Positions 31,119 through 41,496 of a DNA stretch of 64,000 bases are shown here, piece after piece (positions within the stretch are counted from its first letter, which is position 1; each line of letters starts with the position of its first letter). Position numbers and translations under genes: made by a program. A model generated the notes under the pieces. It searched no databases and was not told the DNA's origin. It worked only from the letters and a program-made list of their open reading frames with translations. This DNA comes from a bacterium (lineage in GTDB: Bacteria; UBA8248), in assembly GCA_963692865.2 (NCBI GenBank), contig OY843592.1, forward strand, positions 288,001 to 352,000. Direction: 5' to 3'.

Positions 31119-31590
31119 CGCCCGGAGCGGGCGGGGGCAAGCGTCCGCCAACGGCGGGCGGGACGGCGGTTTTTTGCAGGGGCCGCTCGTGAACGGCGCG
31201 CGTTCGCGAACGGCGGGGGGCCGTTGGAAAAGTCCTCGCCGGAACCAACCCCCCTACCCCCCCTTGTCGGGACTGTTGAAAAAGCCTCGCTTCGCTTGGG
31301 ATTGACCTTCGCCTTTGCTCGTCATTCCAGCGAAAGCCGGAATCCAGAGCCGATGTGGATTTCGAACCGCAGGACGACCATGAAAAACAATCATGCGAAA
31401 AGACACGAATTCAAAAGCAAAGTCCCTGGATTCCGGCATGCGCCGGAATGACGGCGTGTAATCTCGATTGTAGGGACCGCATATCATGCGGCCCTGCCTT
31501 TTCGCCTTCACAATGCGGGTCGCATGATATGCGACCCCTACAACCAAATTGTCTCTCTCCGGCTTTTTCAACAAGCCCTTGTCAGGGGGC
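31119..31590. repeat. Right direct repeat of the RM island
   Basis: Matches 22676-23029; internal segment also matches ~46376-46530. Confidence 0.88.
31269..31578. mobile_element. Non-autonomous MITE-like element with 18-bp TIRs and TTGTC target duplication
   Basis: gggactgttgaaaaagcc / ggctttttcaacaagccc, flanked by ttgtc at 31264-68 and 31579-83. Confidence 0.8.
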
Positions 31591-31606
31591 AGGCGATGCC
31601 CCCGCC

Positions 31607-32683
31607 TCACCCCTCCACCCGCGCGCCGCTGTCGCCGTCGAACAGATGGGCGTTTTCCACCTCGAAGAACACCCGTATCTGCTCGCCCACCCGCGCGCGG
31701 AAATGGCCCTCCTCCTTCACGGTGAGCACCTCTCCTGCGATGTCCAGGGCGACGAAGGTGTCCGACCCCAAAGGCTCCACGAGCTCCACCCGGCCCTCGG
31801 CGGAGACGAGGCGCTGCCCGTCCTCCTGAAAACCCAGGTGCTCGGGGCGGAAGCCGAGGGTGTAGCTCTCTCCCTCCCGGCACGCTTGCGGCAGCGGGAA
31901 GCTTAAGCCGCCCGCTTCGAGTTCGAGGCCCCCCTCCGCCCGCCGGGCGCGGCCCTCGATGAAGTTCATGGCCGGACTCCCCAGAAACCCCGCCACGAAG
32001 CGGTTCACGGGCCGGTCGTAGAGTTCGATGGGCGGCCCCGCCTGGAGGATCTTCCCCTCGTCCATGACGACGATGCGGTCGCCCATCGTCATCGCCTCGG
32101 TCTGGTCGTGGGTGACGTAGACGGAGGTCGTGCCCAGGCGGCGCTGGAGCTTGCGTATCTCGGCCCGGGCGGTGACGCGCAGCTTGGCGTCGAGGTTGCT
32201 GAGCGGCTCGTCGAAGAGGAAGGCGACCGGGTCGCGCACGATGGCCCGGCAGACCGCCACGCGCTGGCGCTGGCCGCCCGAGAGCTGGCGGGGCTTGCGG
32301 GCGAGCAGGTCTTCCAGCCCCATGAGGGCGGCGGCCTCCTTGACGCGGCGGTCGATGTCCTCCCGCGAAATCCGCCGCACGCGCAGGCCGAAGGCCATGT
32401 TCTCGTAGACCGTCATGTGGGGGTAGAGGGCGTAGTTCTGGAACACCATGGCCATGTTGCGGTCCTTGGCGGGAATCTCGTTCACGCGCTCGCCCGAGAC
32501 GCGTATCTCGCCGCCGGTGGGAAACTCCAGCCCGGCCACCATGCGCAGCGTCGTCGTCTTCCCGCAGCCCGAAGGCCCCACCAGGACGAGGAACTCCCCC
32601 TCGGCGACTTCGAGGTCGATCCCGTCCACGGCGCGCACGCTGCCGAAGTGCTTGCTCAGGTTCTCCAGACTCACGGTGCCCAA
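31607..32683 (-). CDS. Sugar ABC transporter ATPase (MalK/UgpC)
   Basis: GPSGCGKT, FQNYALYPH, LSGGQRQR, DEPLSNLD, TOBE tail. Confidence 0.93.
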   Translation of the reverse strand: MGTVSLENLSKHFGSVRAVDGIDLEVAEGEFLVLVGPSGCGKTTTLRMVAGLEFPTGGEIRVSGERVNEIPAKDRNMAMVFQNYALYPHMTVYENMAFGLRVRRISREDIDRRVKEAAALMGLEDLLARKPRQLSGGQRQRVAVCRAIVRDPVAFLFDEPLSNLDAKLRVTARAEIRKLQRRLGTTSVYVTHDQTEAMTMGDRIVVMDEGKILQAGPPIELYDRPVNRFVAGFLGSPAMNFIEGRARRAEGGLELEAGGLSFPLPQACREGESYTLGFRPEHLGFQEDGQRLVSAEGRVELVEPLGSDTFVALDIAGEVLTVKEEGHFRARVGEQIRVFFEVENAHLFDGDSGARVEG

Positions 32684-32721
32684 ACCGGCTCCTCCATCAT
32701 CGCGCGCCGCGCCCCGAACGC

Positions 32722-33040
32722 GGCTGGTGGAAAACGCCCTGCGGGCGGGGTGAAATCGCTCTCCCTTCCAGCGCGCCCAACAACCACTCCCCCCTTGAGG
32801 GGGAGTCGATGAGCTAAGGGCGCAAGCCCGTAAGCGAATCGGTGGGGGGTGCTTTTATGTTGAGAAAAATCCATATGATAGAACCACACCCCCCACCGCA
32901 TCAGCCTTCGCGCAAAAACCGCTCGGCTTCTGTCGGGCTTTCCCCTCGGGAAGCCCGACCCCCTCAAGGGGGGAGTGGTTTTCTTTCTTCTCATCGGTCG
33001 CGTTGAACCCTTATTCATCAGACCTTTCTCGACAACCCAG
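32722..33040. repeat. Composite intergenic repeat inside the sugar ABC operon
   Basis: Degenerate TIRs; cactccccccttgagggggagt / cccctcaaggggggagtg; nested gtcgggctttcccctcgggaagcccgac. Confidence 0.8.
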
Positions 33041-33050
33041 GCCGCAGCCA

Positions 33051-33899
33051 TCATTTCACCGCTCCCGCCGTTAAGGCGCGGATGAGATAGCGCTGCATGA
33101 AAAAGCCCACGAGCAGGGCGGGCAGCATGATCAGCGTCGCCAGGGTGGACATGTCCTGCCAGAAGACCTGCATCTCGCCCATGGTCTCCGCCAGCCGGAC
33201 GGGGATGGTGCGCGCGTGCACGTTCGTCAGCATGAACGCGAACATGAACTCGTTCCAGGCCAGCAGGAAGACGAAGATGGAGGTCGCGGCGATGCCCGAA
33301 GACGCGAGGGGAAAGGTCACCCGCGCCAGGGTGCGCAGCGCGCCGCAGCCGTCGAGCGCGGCGGCCTCTTCGAGTTCCTTCGGTATTCCGTCGAAAAACG
33401 CCTTCATCAGCCAGGTGCCGAAGGGGATGTTCAAGGCGGTGTAGATGAGGATCAGGATGAAGCGCGTGTCGAGTATCTGGAGATAGCGGAAGAGCAGGTA
33501 GAGCGGCACCACCGCCGTCACGGGCGGCAGCAGGCGCGTGGCCAGCATGAAGAAGAGCAGATAGTTCGACGCCCGGAAGCGGTAGCGCGAGAACGCGTAG
33601 GCCGCCAGGGATGAGACCAGCAGGGTGAGGAAGGTCGTCACCACCGCGATGAAGGCGCTGTTCCAGATGAACAGCAGGGCCGATTCGTTTCCGAGGCTCA
33701 GAAACTTCCAGTACGAGGAAAAATCGGGACTCACGAAGACCTTGGGCGGAATGCTGAAGATGGCGGTCTCGTTCTTCACCGAGGTGAGCATGATCCACAG
33801 AATCGGGAACAGGCTGAACGCGAGCAGCACCATCATCGCCCCGCGCGCCGCCGGGAAGGAGGGAATCCCCGGCCCGATCTGTTCCTCGCCCCGCGCCAT
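33051..33899 (-). CDS. Carbohydrate ABC permease (MalG-like)
   Basis: EEAAALDG, AWNEF, GAVK. Confidence 0.92.
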   Translation of the reverse strand: MARGEEQIGPGIPSFPAARGAMMVLLAFSLFPILWIMLTSVKNETAIFSIPPKVFVSPDFSSYWKFLSLGNESALLFIWNSAFIAVVTTFLTLLVSSLAAYAFSRYRFRASNYLLFFMLATRLLPPVTAVVPLYLLFRYLQILDTRFILILIYTALNIPFGTWLMKAFFDGIPKELEEAAALDGCGALRTLARVTFPLASSGIAATSIFVFLLAWNEFMFAFMLTNVHARTIPVRLAETMGEMQVFWQDMSTLATLIMLPALLVGFFMQRYLIRALTAGAVK

Positions 33900-33902
33900 C
33901 GC

Positions 33903-34832
33903 CTAGCCGTCCCTGTCCCGGATGAGCCGCAGGTAGGCGAACGCTATCCCTGCGCCCAGCACGAGGAGGACGACCGAGGTGGCCGCCGCGTTGCCCACGT
34001 CGAAATAGCGGAAATAAATGCGCTGGATAAACAGGCCGTAGGGCATGGTGGACGTGCCGGGGCCTCCTTCGGTGAGGATATAGGGAATGTCGAACACCCG
34101 CAGCTTGAAGATGGTCTGGAACAGCAGCGCCACCACCAGCGGGGGAAGGATGAGCGGAAAGGTGATCCGCCGGAACACCTGCACCCGGTTCGCGCCGTCC
34201 ACGTGGGCGGCCTCGAACACCTCGCCCGGGAGCGCCGTGATGCCCGCCAGGAGGATCATGGTGACGAAGGGCGTCGAGCGCCAGACCTCGCAGATCACGA
34301 TGGCCCAGAAGGCGGGGCCCGTCTCGGCGAGCCAGTTCACCTTGGCGACGCCCACGAGGGTGATGAGGAGGTTCACGATGCCGATGTCGCGGTCCCACAT
34401 GAGCCGCCAGCCGAGGCCCACCGCGATGGGGGCGACCATGTAGGGGGTCAAGAGAAAGGACGTCATGAGCCGCCTGCCGCGCACCAGTCCGTAGAGCAGC
34501 AGCGCGCTCGCCACCCCCAGGATGAACTCCAGGGCGATGGTGGCCACGGTGAAGCCCAGGCTGAAGCGGGTCACCTGCCAGAAGTCGGGGTCGAACGTGA
34601 GCAGGTGCGCGTAGTTCGCAAAGCCGACGAAAGTGGAGATATGCGGCGTCGTGAGGCGCCATTTCCACATCGAGAGGTAGATGTTGTAGATCGAGGGATA
34701 GACCAGTATCCCGCCGAGGATGGCGAAGGCGGGCGCCATGAGCAGATAGGGCGCCAGCTTCTGCTTTCGCGCGGGGGTGAACCACGACCGGCTCCCCCGC
34801 CGCGCCGCATTCTGAACGGCTCCGGTATTCAC
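33903..34832 (-). CDS. Carbohydrate ABC permease (MalF-like)
   Basis: FVGFANY, EAAHVDGA, TEGGPG; GTG start inferred. Confidence 0.88.
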   Translation of the reverse strand: MNTGAVQNAARRGSRSWFTPARKQKLAPYLLMAPAFAILGGILVYPSIYNIYLSMWKWRLTTPHISTFVGFANYAHLLTFDPDFWQVTRFSLGFTVATIALEFILGVASALLLYGLVRGRRLMTSFLLTPYMVAPIAVGLGWRLMWDRDIGIVNLLITLVGVAKVNWLAETGPAFWAIVICEVWRSTPFVTMILLAGITALPGEVFEAAHVDGANRVQVFRRITFPLILPPLVVALLFQTIFKLRVFDIPYILTEGGPGTSTMPYGLFIQRIYFRYFDVGNAAATSVVLLVLGAGIAFAYLRLIRDRDG

Positions 34833-34954
34833 GATCTTCTCCGTGCCTCCGCCGGCCTCCGGGTTTCTCGGATGGAGAACCCGGCTATCCCCGGAGGGGG
34901 CCTTCGTGTCCGGCTTCCGGCGTAATCGCCACCTCCATTGTAGGTGGCGCATAT

Positions 34955-35510
34955 GGGGTTGTTGAAAAGCCCACAGAAGGAGCGTACCGAATTTCACTCC
35001 CCCCTTGAGGGTCGGGCTTCCCGAGGGGAAAGCCCGACAACGAGGCAAGGGCGAAGCCCGCAGGCGAGTTGGTGGGGGAGCTTTTTCTGTGGAATGTCCC
35101 CCCACCGGTTCAGCCTTCGCAGAAAACGCTCGGCTTCACCGACTCCCCCTCAAGGGGGGAGTGGTTCTTGCGCTTTCATCGGTCGCGTTAAACCCTCTTT
35201 CATCGGGGCAGTAATCCCCCCCACCCTCCCTTGTCGGACTTATTGAAAAACCCCTCGTCGGGTAGAAGGGCCTTGCTTTTTCTTGCCCCCCTGACAAGGG
35301 GGGTAAGGGGGGTTGCTCTGGTAGTGACAGCCCCTCCTCGGGGCTGTCACTACAACAATCATGGGGTCTTCGTAGGGGCGGCCCCCCGTGGCCGCCCGTA
35401 TCGGATATGTCCATCCCCTTGGTTACGCTTCACAGGGACAGGCACGGGGTCCTGTCCCTACAAATCCTCTATTTGCAGGACCCCATGCCGACTTTTCCAC
35501 ACCCCCCGGG
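34955..35510. repeat. Composite intergenic repeat
   Basis: TIR-like ends with several REP-like hairpins, e.g. gtaggggcggccccccgtggccgccc. Confidence 0.8.
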
Positions 35511-35544
35511 ATGCCTTCTCGTCCGGCTTGCTTCCCCGGTCGCT

Positions 35545-36819
35545 CTACTTGATTACCGCGTTGATCCGCTTGCAGGCGTCCCCCATGGCCTGCTTCGCGC
35601 TCTTCTTCTTCTGCAGGTAGTTGATGACTTCCTTCGAGGTGGCGTCGCTTATCTCGGACGCGCGCGGATGCTGCGCCGCGCCGCTGCCCCGGCTGATGGC
35701 GGTCAGCCACGCCTTCGCCACCGGGAACTTCTTGAGATAATCCGCGTTCGTGTAGACCGAACTGCGCACGGGGCCGTTCGCCCACTGCAGGGCGCCCCGA
35801 AGCTGGTTCTTCTTGTTGGAGAGCGCCATGATGAGCTCCCAGGCCGCCGCCTTGTTCTTGCTCTTCTTGTCCATGACGAGGTGCCAGCCGCCGTTCAGGG
35901 TGGCGCCCCGGTTCTTGCCGTCCAGCGTGGGGACGAGGAACCAGCCCAGCTTGTCCGCCGTCTTGGACTTCTTGGGGTTGGTCATCAGGCCCCAGTAGGG
36001 GGAGAAGTAGACCCCCATGGCGGCGCGGCCCTGCATCATGGCGTTGCGGTACTCGTCGCGGCCCCAGGCCAGCATGTCGGGCGGCGACCAGCCGCTGCGG
36101 AACGGCTTGCCGAATATCTCGAGCAGCTTGACCGAATCGGCGCGCTCCAGCAGGCAGGTCTTGTTGTCGGCCGAGAGCACGCCGTGGCCGGAACTGTGGA
36201 GATAGCGCAGGAAGTCCTGCTCCACGTGGACGCCCGGTTTCCCGCGCTGAACGACGCCGTAGACCTTGCCGGGCTGGTTCAGCTTCTCGGCCGCGGCGAG
36301 GAACTGACCCCAAGTCTTGGGGATCGCGACCTTGGCCGCCGCGAACAGGTCCTTTCGGTAATAGACGATTCCCGTTCCCGTCCGGTAGGGAACGCCGTAG
36401 GCGGGCCCGCCGGGCTTGGGGAAGCGGGTGGTGCCCGAGAGAGCGGGGATGAGGTCGCCGTAGTCGTAGCCTTTGGGCGCGCTCTTGATGTAGCTGTCCA
36501 GCGGCTCGAGGAAGCCTATCGTCTCGGGGTTGACCCAGGCGTCCACCCAGGACACCACGTCGAACTGCCCGCCTCCGGCGGCGAAGGAGAGCACCGCCTT
36601 GTCCTTGATCTTCCCGTAGGGGGTGGTCACCACGGTAACCTTGATGCCCTTCTCCTTCTCGAGGTCGGCCACGACGCCCTTCGGCCCCCCCGCCGCCTTG
36701 AACAGGGTCGGGTGGATGAGGAGGGTGACCTTCTTGGCCGCCGCGGCGGGAAGCGCTAACCCCGCCACCAGGGCGGTCACGGCGATAAGGCATATGAGCC
36801 GACGTCCGGAACGTTTCAT
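35545..36819 (-). CDS. Sugar ABC substrate-binding protein
   Basis: Signal peptide, YYRKDLF, IPKTW, GGWHL. Confidence 0.9.
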   Translation of the reverse strand: MKRSGRRLICLIAVTALVAGLALPAAAAKKVTLLIHPTLFKAAGGPKGVVADLEKEKGIKVTVVTTPYGKIKDKAVLSFAAGGGQFDVVSWVDAWVNPETIGFLEPLDSYIKSAPKGYDYGDLIPALSGTTRFPKPGGPAYGVPYRTGTGIVYYRKDLFAAAKVAIPKTWGQFLAAAEKLNQPGKVYGVVQRGKPGVHVEQDFLRYLHSSGHGVLSADNKTCLLERADSVKLLEIFGKPFRSGWSPPDMLAWGRDEYRNAMMQGRAAMGVYFSPYWGLMTNPKKSKTADKLGWFLVPTLDGKNRGATLNGGWHLVMDKKSKNKAAAWELIMALSNKKNQLRGALQWANGPVRSSVYTNADYLKKFPVAKAWLTAISRGSGAAQHPRASEISDATSKEVINYLQKKKSAKQAMGDACKRINAVIK

Positions 36820-36871
36820 CGTTTCTCCTCCCTTTGCTGGGTGATCGGATGATGCGAATTCCAGGGAGCGG

Positions 36872-38257
36872 TCACACGACCGCCCCGTCCTGTCGAAGCT
36901 TCTCCCGCAACGGCTCGACCGGCAGTTCGCGCGGGGTCGTCCTGCGCTCGGCGCACATGGCCGCCGCCGTGCCCGCCGCCTGCCCGATGGTCATGATGTG
37001 GGCCTGGTTGCGCACGGAGCCGTTCGCGAAGCGATCGCTCGATACGGGCCGGCCCGCCACGATGCAGTTCTCCACTTTCTGCGGGATCATGACGCCGTAG
37101 GGGATGCCGTAGGATTCCCCGTCCCTGACGTGCTTGTGCTCGATCACGCCGCTGGGCTGATGGACGTCCAGGCAGTAGGCCCCCTGGCCGATGTCGCGCG
37201 GCCCCTTGCGCGCCTCGATGCAGTCCTCGTCCGTGAGGGTCTCCTCCCCGATGATGCGGCGCGTCTCGCGCACCCCGATGGCCGAGGCCGAATCGACCAC
37301 GTAGCACTCCTCGAAGCCGGGGGCGTATTTGCGGTAGAAATCGCGCACCTTGAATATCTGCTCGCGGCCCTCGATGGCGACCTGGTTCAGATCGTCGTTG
37401 TCGACGCCGCTGTAGCCCAGCATGCTCGTCGAGTTGATGGTGACGACGCCCGGAATGGTGGTGACGGAGAACACCACCCGCTGGCGGTTCGGGTGGAACT
37501 CGCCGCGCGACTGGGCGAGCTTGACCGCCTCGTAATAGCCGGTCACGAGGGGGTAATCCTTGTGGGTGCGAAGGCCTGCGGCGATCTCCTCTCGGCTCTT
37601 CCCGATGTAGGGGTCCTCGCCGAGCATGAAGTTGTACGGGTTGGCCTTGACGTGCGCGAGATGGCGGTCCAGGTCCACGTTCCCCATCCGGGAGAAGAGG
37701 CTGATGGACATCAGCTTGCCCTCCTCGTCGCCGAGGTGGAAGGGCGCGCCCGCCTGCGCGGCGATGTCCGCGTCCCCGCTCGCGTCGATGACGACCTGGG
37801 CGCGGATTTCGCTCTCCCCGCTCTTGTTCACGATCCGCGCGCCGGCCACCCGGTCGCCGTCCATGACGGGTCCTATGGTGTAGGTGTTCAGCACCAGGTC
37901 CACGCCCGCCTCCAGGCAGAGTTTCTGGTTCACGAGCTTGAGCACCTCGCCGTCCTGGGGCGTCACGGAGTAGGAGTTGCCGTAGGCGTTATGGAGGTGG
38001 CCTTCGGGAAAGGCGCCGCCAAGCCGGATGAGTTCGTCCACGATCTCCTGGGGGATGCCGTCGCAGATCTGCTCCCCCTTCATGTTGTGGAAGGTGAGGA
38101 AGTTGCCGAGAAGGCCCGCGGTCGCGTTGCCCCCCAGGAAGGCGTAGCGATCCGTGAGGACCGTCCGAGCGCCGCCCCGCGCCGCGGCGATGGCGGCGCA
38201 CACCCCGGCCATGCCCGCTCCGACTACGAGAACGTCGACGTTGCTCCTGTCCGCCAT
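36872..38257 (-). CDS. FAD-dependent oxidoreductase
   Basis: VVGAGMAG, IDASGDAD, GVRETRRI, GQAAGTAA. Confidence 0.88.
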   Translation of the reverse strand: MADRSNVDVLVVGAGMAGVCAAIAAARGGARTVLTDRYAFLGGNATAGLLGNFLTFHNMKGEQICDGIPQEIVDELIRLGGAFPEGHLHNAYGNSYSVTPQDGEVLKLVNQKLCLEAGVDLVLNTYTIGPVMDGDRVAGARIVNKSGESEIRAQVVIDASGDADIAAQAGAPFHLGDEEGKLMSISLFSRMGNVDLDRHLAHVKANPYNFMLGEDPYIGKSREEIAAGLRTHKDYPLVTGYYEAVKLAQSRGEFHPNRQRVVFSVTTIPGVVTINSTSMLGYSGVDNDDLNQVAIEGREQIFKVRDFYRKYAPGFEECYVVDSASAIGVRETRRIIGEETLTDEDCIEARKGPRDIGQGAYCLDVHQPSGVIEHKHVRDGESYGIPYGVMIPQKVENCIVAGRPVSSDRFANGSVRNQAHIMTIGQAAGTAAAMCAERRTTPRELPVEPLREKLRQDGAVV

Positions 38258-38321
38258 GGCTATCTCCTTCTTTCCGGTCAATTCATGAAGAATCCACCAG
38301 TTGAATTCATGGTTCCCCCTC

Positions 38322-38567
38322 AAGGGATTGTTGAAAAACCCCTCGTCGGGGGGACATCGCCTTTACCCCCCCTTGTCGGGGGTTGTTAAAAAAACCCCTT
38401 CTCGCTCGGAATTCACCACTCCCGTCATTTCGGCGTCATTGCCATTTCTGTTGTAGGGGCCGCATATATGCGGCCCTCCCCGTTCGTGGCATGCGGGTCG
38501 CATATATGCGACCCCTACACATCCCCTCGAATGGCGACCGTAGGGGCGGTTCGCGAACCGCCCCTAC
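38322..38567. repeat. Composite intergenic repeat
   Basis: Two left-TIR-like motifs; gtaggggccgcatatatgcggccc; gtaggggcggttcgcgaaccgcccctac. Confidence 0.78.
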
Positions 38568-38620
38568 TGCCGACTCACGTATATGATTCCCTTTCCTTTT
38601 CTCTCGTCCGTATCGTTCGC

Positions 38621-39655
38621 TTAATCCCGCACCGGCTTCGTGACCGCACGGGTCTCGCCGTAGGTCGGGAAGAAGAGCGTGTGGCTCCCCGGCCCTCCGG
38701 CTACACTGATGAGAATGTTCTCCGGCCCGTCCGCCACCGGCACGCCATCAGGTTCGGCGTCGCCAAAAAGCCCGGGCCGCCTCCCCCGCACGCGCCCGGC
38801 GATCTCGGGCGAAAAACTCTTCATGGGCACACGCGCCCCCTCGAACAGCGCGCGCTGCGCGTCCGCCCGGTCCACCCCGCCCGAGACGAGGAGACCCAGG
38901 TGCTGGGGGCTGATGACGAGGAGCACCTCCCCGCCGCCCTGGGCGTTGTTCGAGCCGGGGTAGGCCATCGTGCCCGCGATCATGCGCAGCACGCTCTCCG
39001 CACTGCCGCTCGCGTAATCGTTCACGTTTACGGGCGCATCCGCCGCCACCACCGTCACCGCGCTCTGCTCCGCGCGGAACCCCCGCGTCGCGTGGAGCGG
39101 CTCCCAGCCGCAGGCCGCCTCGGCGAAACAGGCGGCGTACTTCCCGCCGTGGCCGAAGGTGGCCATGTCGGTCTCGCCGGGAACCGCCATTCCCAGCCGA
39201 ACGGCGGCCAGGCGGACGGCGCGGCCGATTGTGGCGTTCGCCCGGAAACCCGGCCCCAGGCACCCGCTGCCGGAGTGCACGCCTATCCGCTCGGCGACAG
39301 GCCCGTGGACGATCACCAAAGGCGAGGCGAGCTCGGTGGTCGCCTGAATGGCCAGGAAATTGAACTCGGGCTCCATGACGGCTTCGAGCGCCGCCAGAAC
39401 GACAGGGAAGTACTCCGGCCTGCACCCTGCGGCCACCGCGCAGACGGCCGCCTCTTCGACCGTCACCTCTTGCATACCGGGCGCCATGACTCCCAGAACG
39501 TGGGTGGGACCTTCCTGGGCGGCGGCGAGCATGGCGTCGACCGCCCCCCGCGTGGGCGGGACGAGGGGCAGGCCGTCGCCCGGCCCATCCTCCATCGCGG
39601 CTTCGAGCGCGGCCTGAGCGCTCGGCGAGAGTTCGCTCAGGAGCGCTTCGGGCAT
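38621..39655 (-). CDS. UGSC-associated uncharacterised protein, paralogue of the upstream C-terminal domain
   Basis: DGLPLVPPT, AVAAGCRP, ANATIGRAV, WEPLH. Confidence 0.75.
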   Translation of the reverse strand: MPEALLSELSPSAQAALEAAMEDGPGDGLPLVPPTRGAVDAMLAAAQEGPTHVLGVMAPGMQEVTVEEAAVCAVAAGCRPEYFPVVLAALEAVMEPEFNFLAIQATTELASPLVIVHGPVAERIGVHSGSGCLGPGFRANATIGRAVRLAAVRLGMAVPGETDMATFGHGGKYAACFAEAACGWEPLHATRGFRAEQSAVTVVAADAPVNVNDYASGSAESVLRMIAGTMAYPGSNNAQGGGEVLLVISPQHLGLLVSGGVDRADAQRALFEGARVPMKSFSPEIAGRVRGRRPGLFGDAEPDGVPVADGPENILISVAGGPGSHTLFFPTYGETRAVTKPVRD

Positions 39656-39658
39656 GGC

Positions 39659-41269
39659 CTAGTCGATCTTCCGCGTGACGGATCGGTGGTTCAGCGCGCC
39701 GGGCGCCAGGAGCGAGTTCGGCCCAGCACCTCCGTGCACCATGATGGTGATGTCCTCCCTCTCCTCGACGATGGGGAGGGTCGCGTTCTCCATCGTGTTC
39801 ACCCCGTAGAGCATCTGCTTCCAGTCGCTCCAGCGCTCCCGCGATTCGGGGGGATAGGCGTGGACCGGAATGCGGTGGACCTCGCAGAGGTAGTCTCGCA
39901 CGAGCTTCTTGTCGAACCCCGCTTCTGCGACCTTGTTCGCGTGGGTGGGACCGAAGATGAGCATGATCTCGCAGCGGCCGAACTGCGGCCGGGTGCCGGA
40001 GCAGGCGGCCACGGTGCCGAAGGTGCCCAGGATGCCCTGCGCGGTGAGCGCGCTGTGGTCGTCCACCATGTGGAGGGGTTCGGCGGTGAACACCGTCACC
40101 ACGCTGTCCGATTCGGCGAAGCCCTTCTCCACGTGGAGCGGCTCCCAGGGGCTCTGCTCGACGTTCTCGGTGATGGCGTCGAAATACTTGGCGAAATGGC
40201 CCTGGCAGGTGGCGCCCCGGTTTTCCAAGTCGCCGATGCAGTTGAACATGATGAGCTTGACCGCGCGGCCGATTGCCGCGTTCACCCCCCAGCCCTCCGC
40301 GCTCAAGTCGCGCCCGTCGCTCATCCCGACTTCGCGCGCGATGGGGCCGCTCACCACGACGATGGGGAACAGCGTGTGCGCCGTGGTGATGACGTGGTTG
40401 ACGTGGTACTCCTCCGCCCCCATGGCCTGCACCGCCGTAACGAGGATGGGCATGACGCCGGGCTTGCAGCCCGCCATGACGGCGTTGGCCGCGACCCGCT
40501 CCACGGTGATGTCCGCCAGCCTCGGCATGAGGCGGGCGATGACCTCATCGCCCTTGCGGCCCGAGGCCGCCACGAACCGCTCCACCATTTCAAGAGTCGG
40601 GGGGATGACGGGCAGCCCGTCCGTCGCCCCCAGATCGAAGAGCGCCCCGTTCGCGCCGATGGGGTCTCCCGCAATCGTGAGGACCCGCTCGATGGGGTCC
40701 TCGGCGACGGCTGCGGCGTCTCCCCCGTTCGCCGTGTTCATCCACTCGGCGGCCACCGAATCCACGCCGCTTTGCGCGATGCGCATCAGGGCGTCGCCGC
40801 CCTGGTGGGCCACGGTGTCGTCCACAAGGAGAAGACGCAGATGGGGGGATTTGTAGGCCTTGGCGAAACTGCGCGCCGCCGTCTCGAAGCCGTTTCCCAC
40901 CACCACGACGGTGGGGACGCCGCGCTTTTCAAGCTCGGCCGAGTCGTGGACACTCCACGACGTGCAACCCCCTCAGACCCCGAAGCCGGTCACCGCCACG
41001 TCACAGTTGGACGCGATCTCGTCCAGCGTCTCCTGGCCTGCGCCCTGGGCGGCCCAGCCCTTCTTTCGCACCAAAAGCTTGGCGCCGTGACGCTCGGCGA
41101 AGGCCTCTCCGACGTGGTTCAGAAAATCGCCCGCGTGGGGCATGGAGTTGTCGAGGAGGGCGATGCGGAGCCCGTCCAGTCCCGAGACGGCGGCGCCAAC
41201 GCCTGCGCCTTCCTCTTCCGCCACGGCGGCGATGGGGTTGATGATTTCGATTCGACCGTTTGCGTCCAT
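39659..41269 (-). CDS. UGSC-family selenoprotein (U-G-G-C) fused to a DGLPxxPPT domain; UGA at 40973-40975
   Basis: ORFs 40973..41305 and 39659..40906 are in frame; read-through gives TGFGV-U-GGCTSWSVHDSAELEKRGVPTV. Confidence 0.85.
40943..40961 (-). promoter_or_regulatory. Putative bacterial SECIS
   Basis: Perfect hairpin GTCGTGGA-GTG-TCCACGAC starting after an 11-nt spacer from the UGA. Confidence 0.75.
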
Positions 41270-41496
41270 ACCCGAACTCCCTCCGAATCCGCGGGGAACA
41301 CGCACTCCGCGCTTTAGGGGTTTAGCCGCGATCTTCGATTCTGCTTAGATAAATCAGTTATAAACAGGAAGCCGGTGAGATGTCAATTTCCCGGAGGCGC
41401 GCCCGACGGCCCTCCCCCTGTGAGAAAGGAAAGAGGCGGGCTTGCGCCCACAAGCGAAACGGGAAACTTTCCGCCCCTTGAAACGCGGGGGCGCCT

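Noticed and set aside
31056-31906. Small ORFs spanning repeats (WIPACAGMT / VIPAKAGI peptides)
   Set aside because: Translations of the palindromic repeats, recurring in every copy; not genes.
38468-41317. 949-aa plus-strand ORF
   Set aside because: Antisense shadow of the UGSC locus with no recognisable domain.
41341-41370. dif-like motif (ttagataa-atcag-ttataaac)
   Set aside because: Spacer is 5 bp and the XerD arm matches poorly; more likely promoter sequence.
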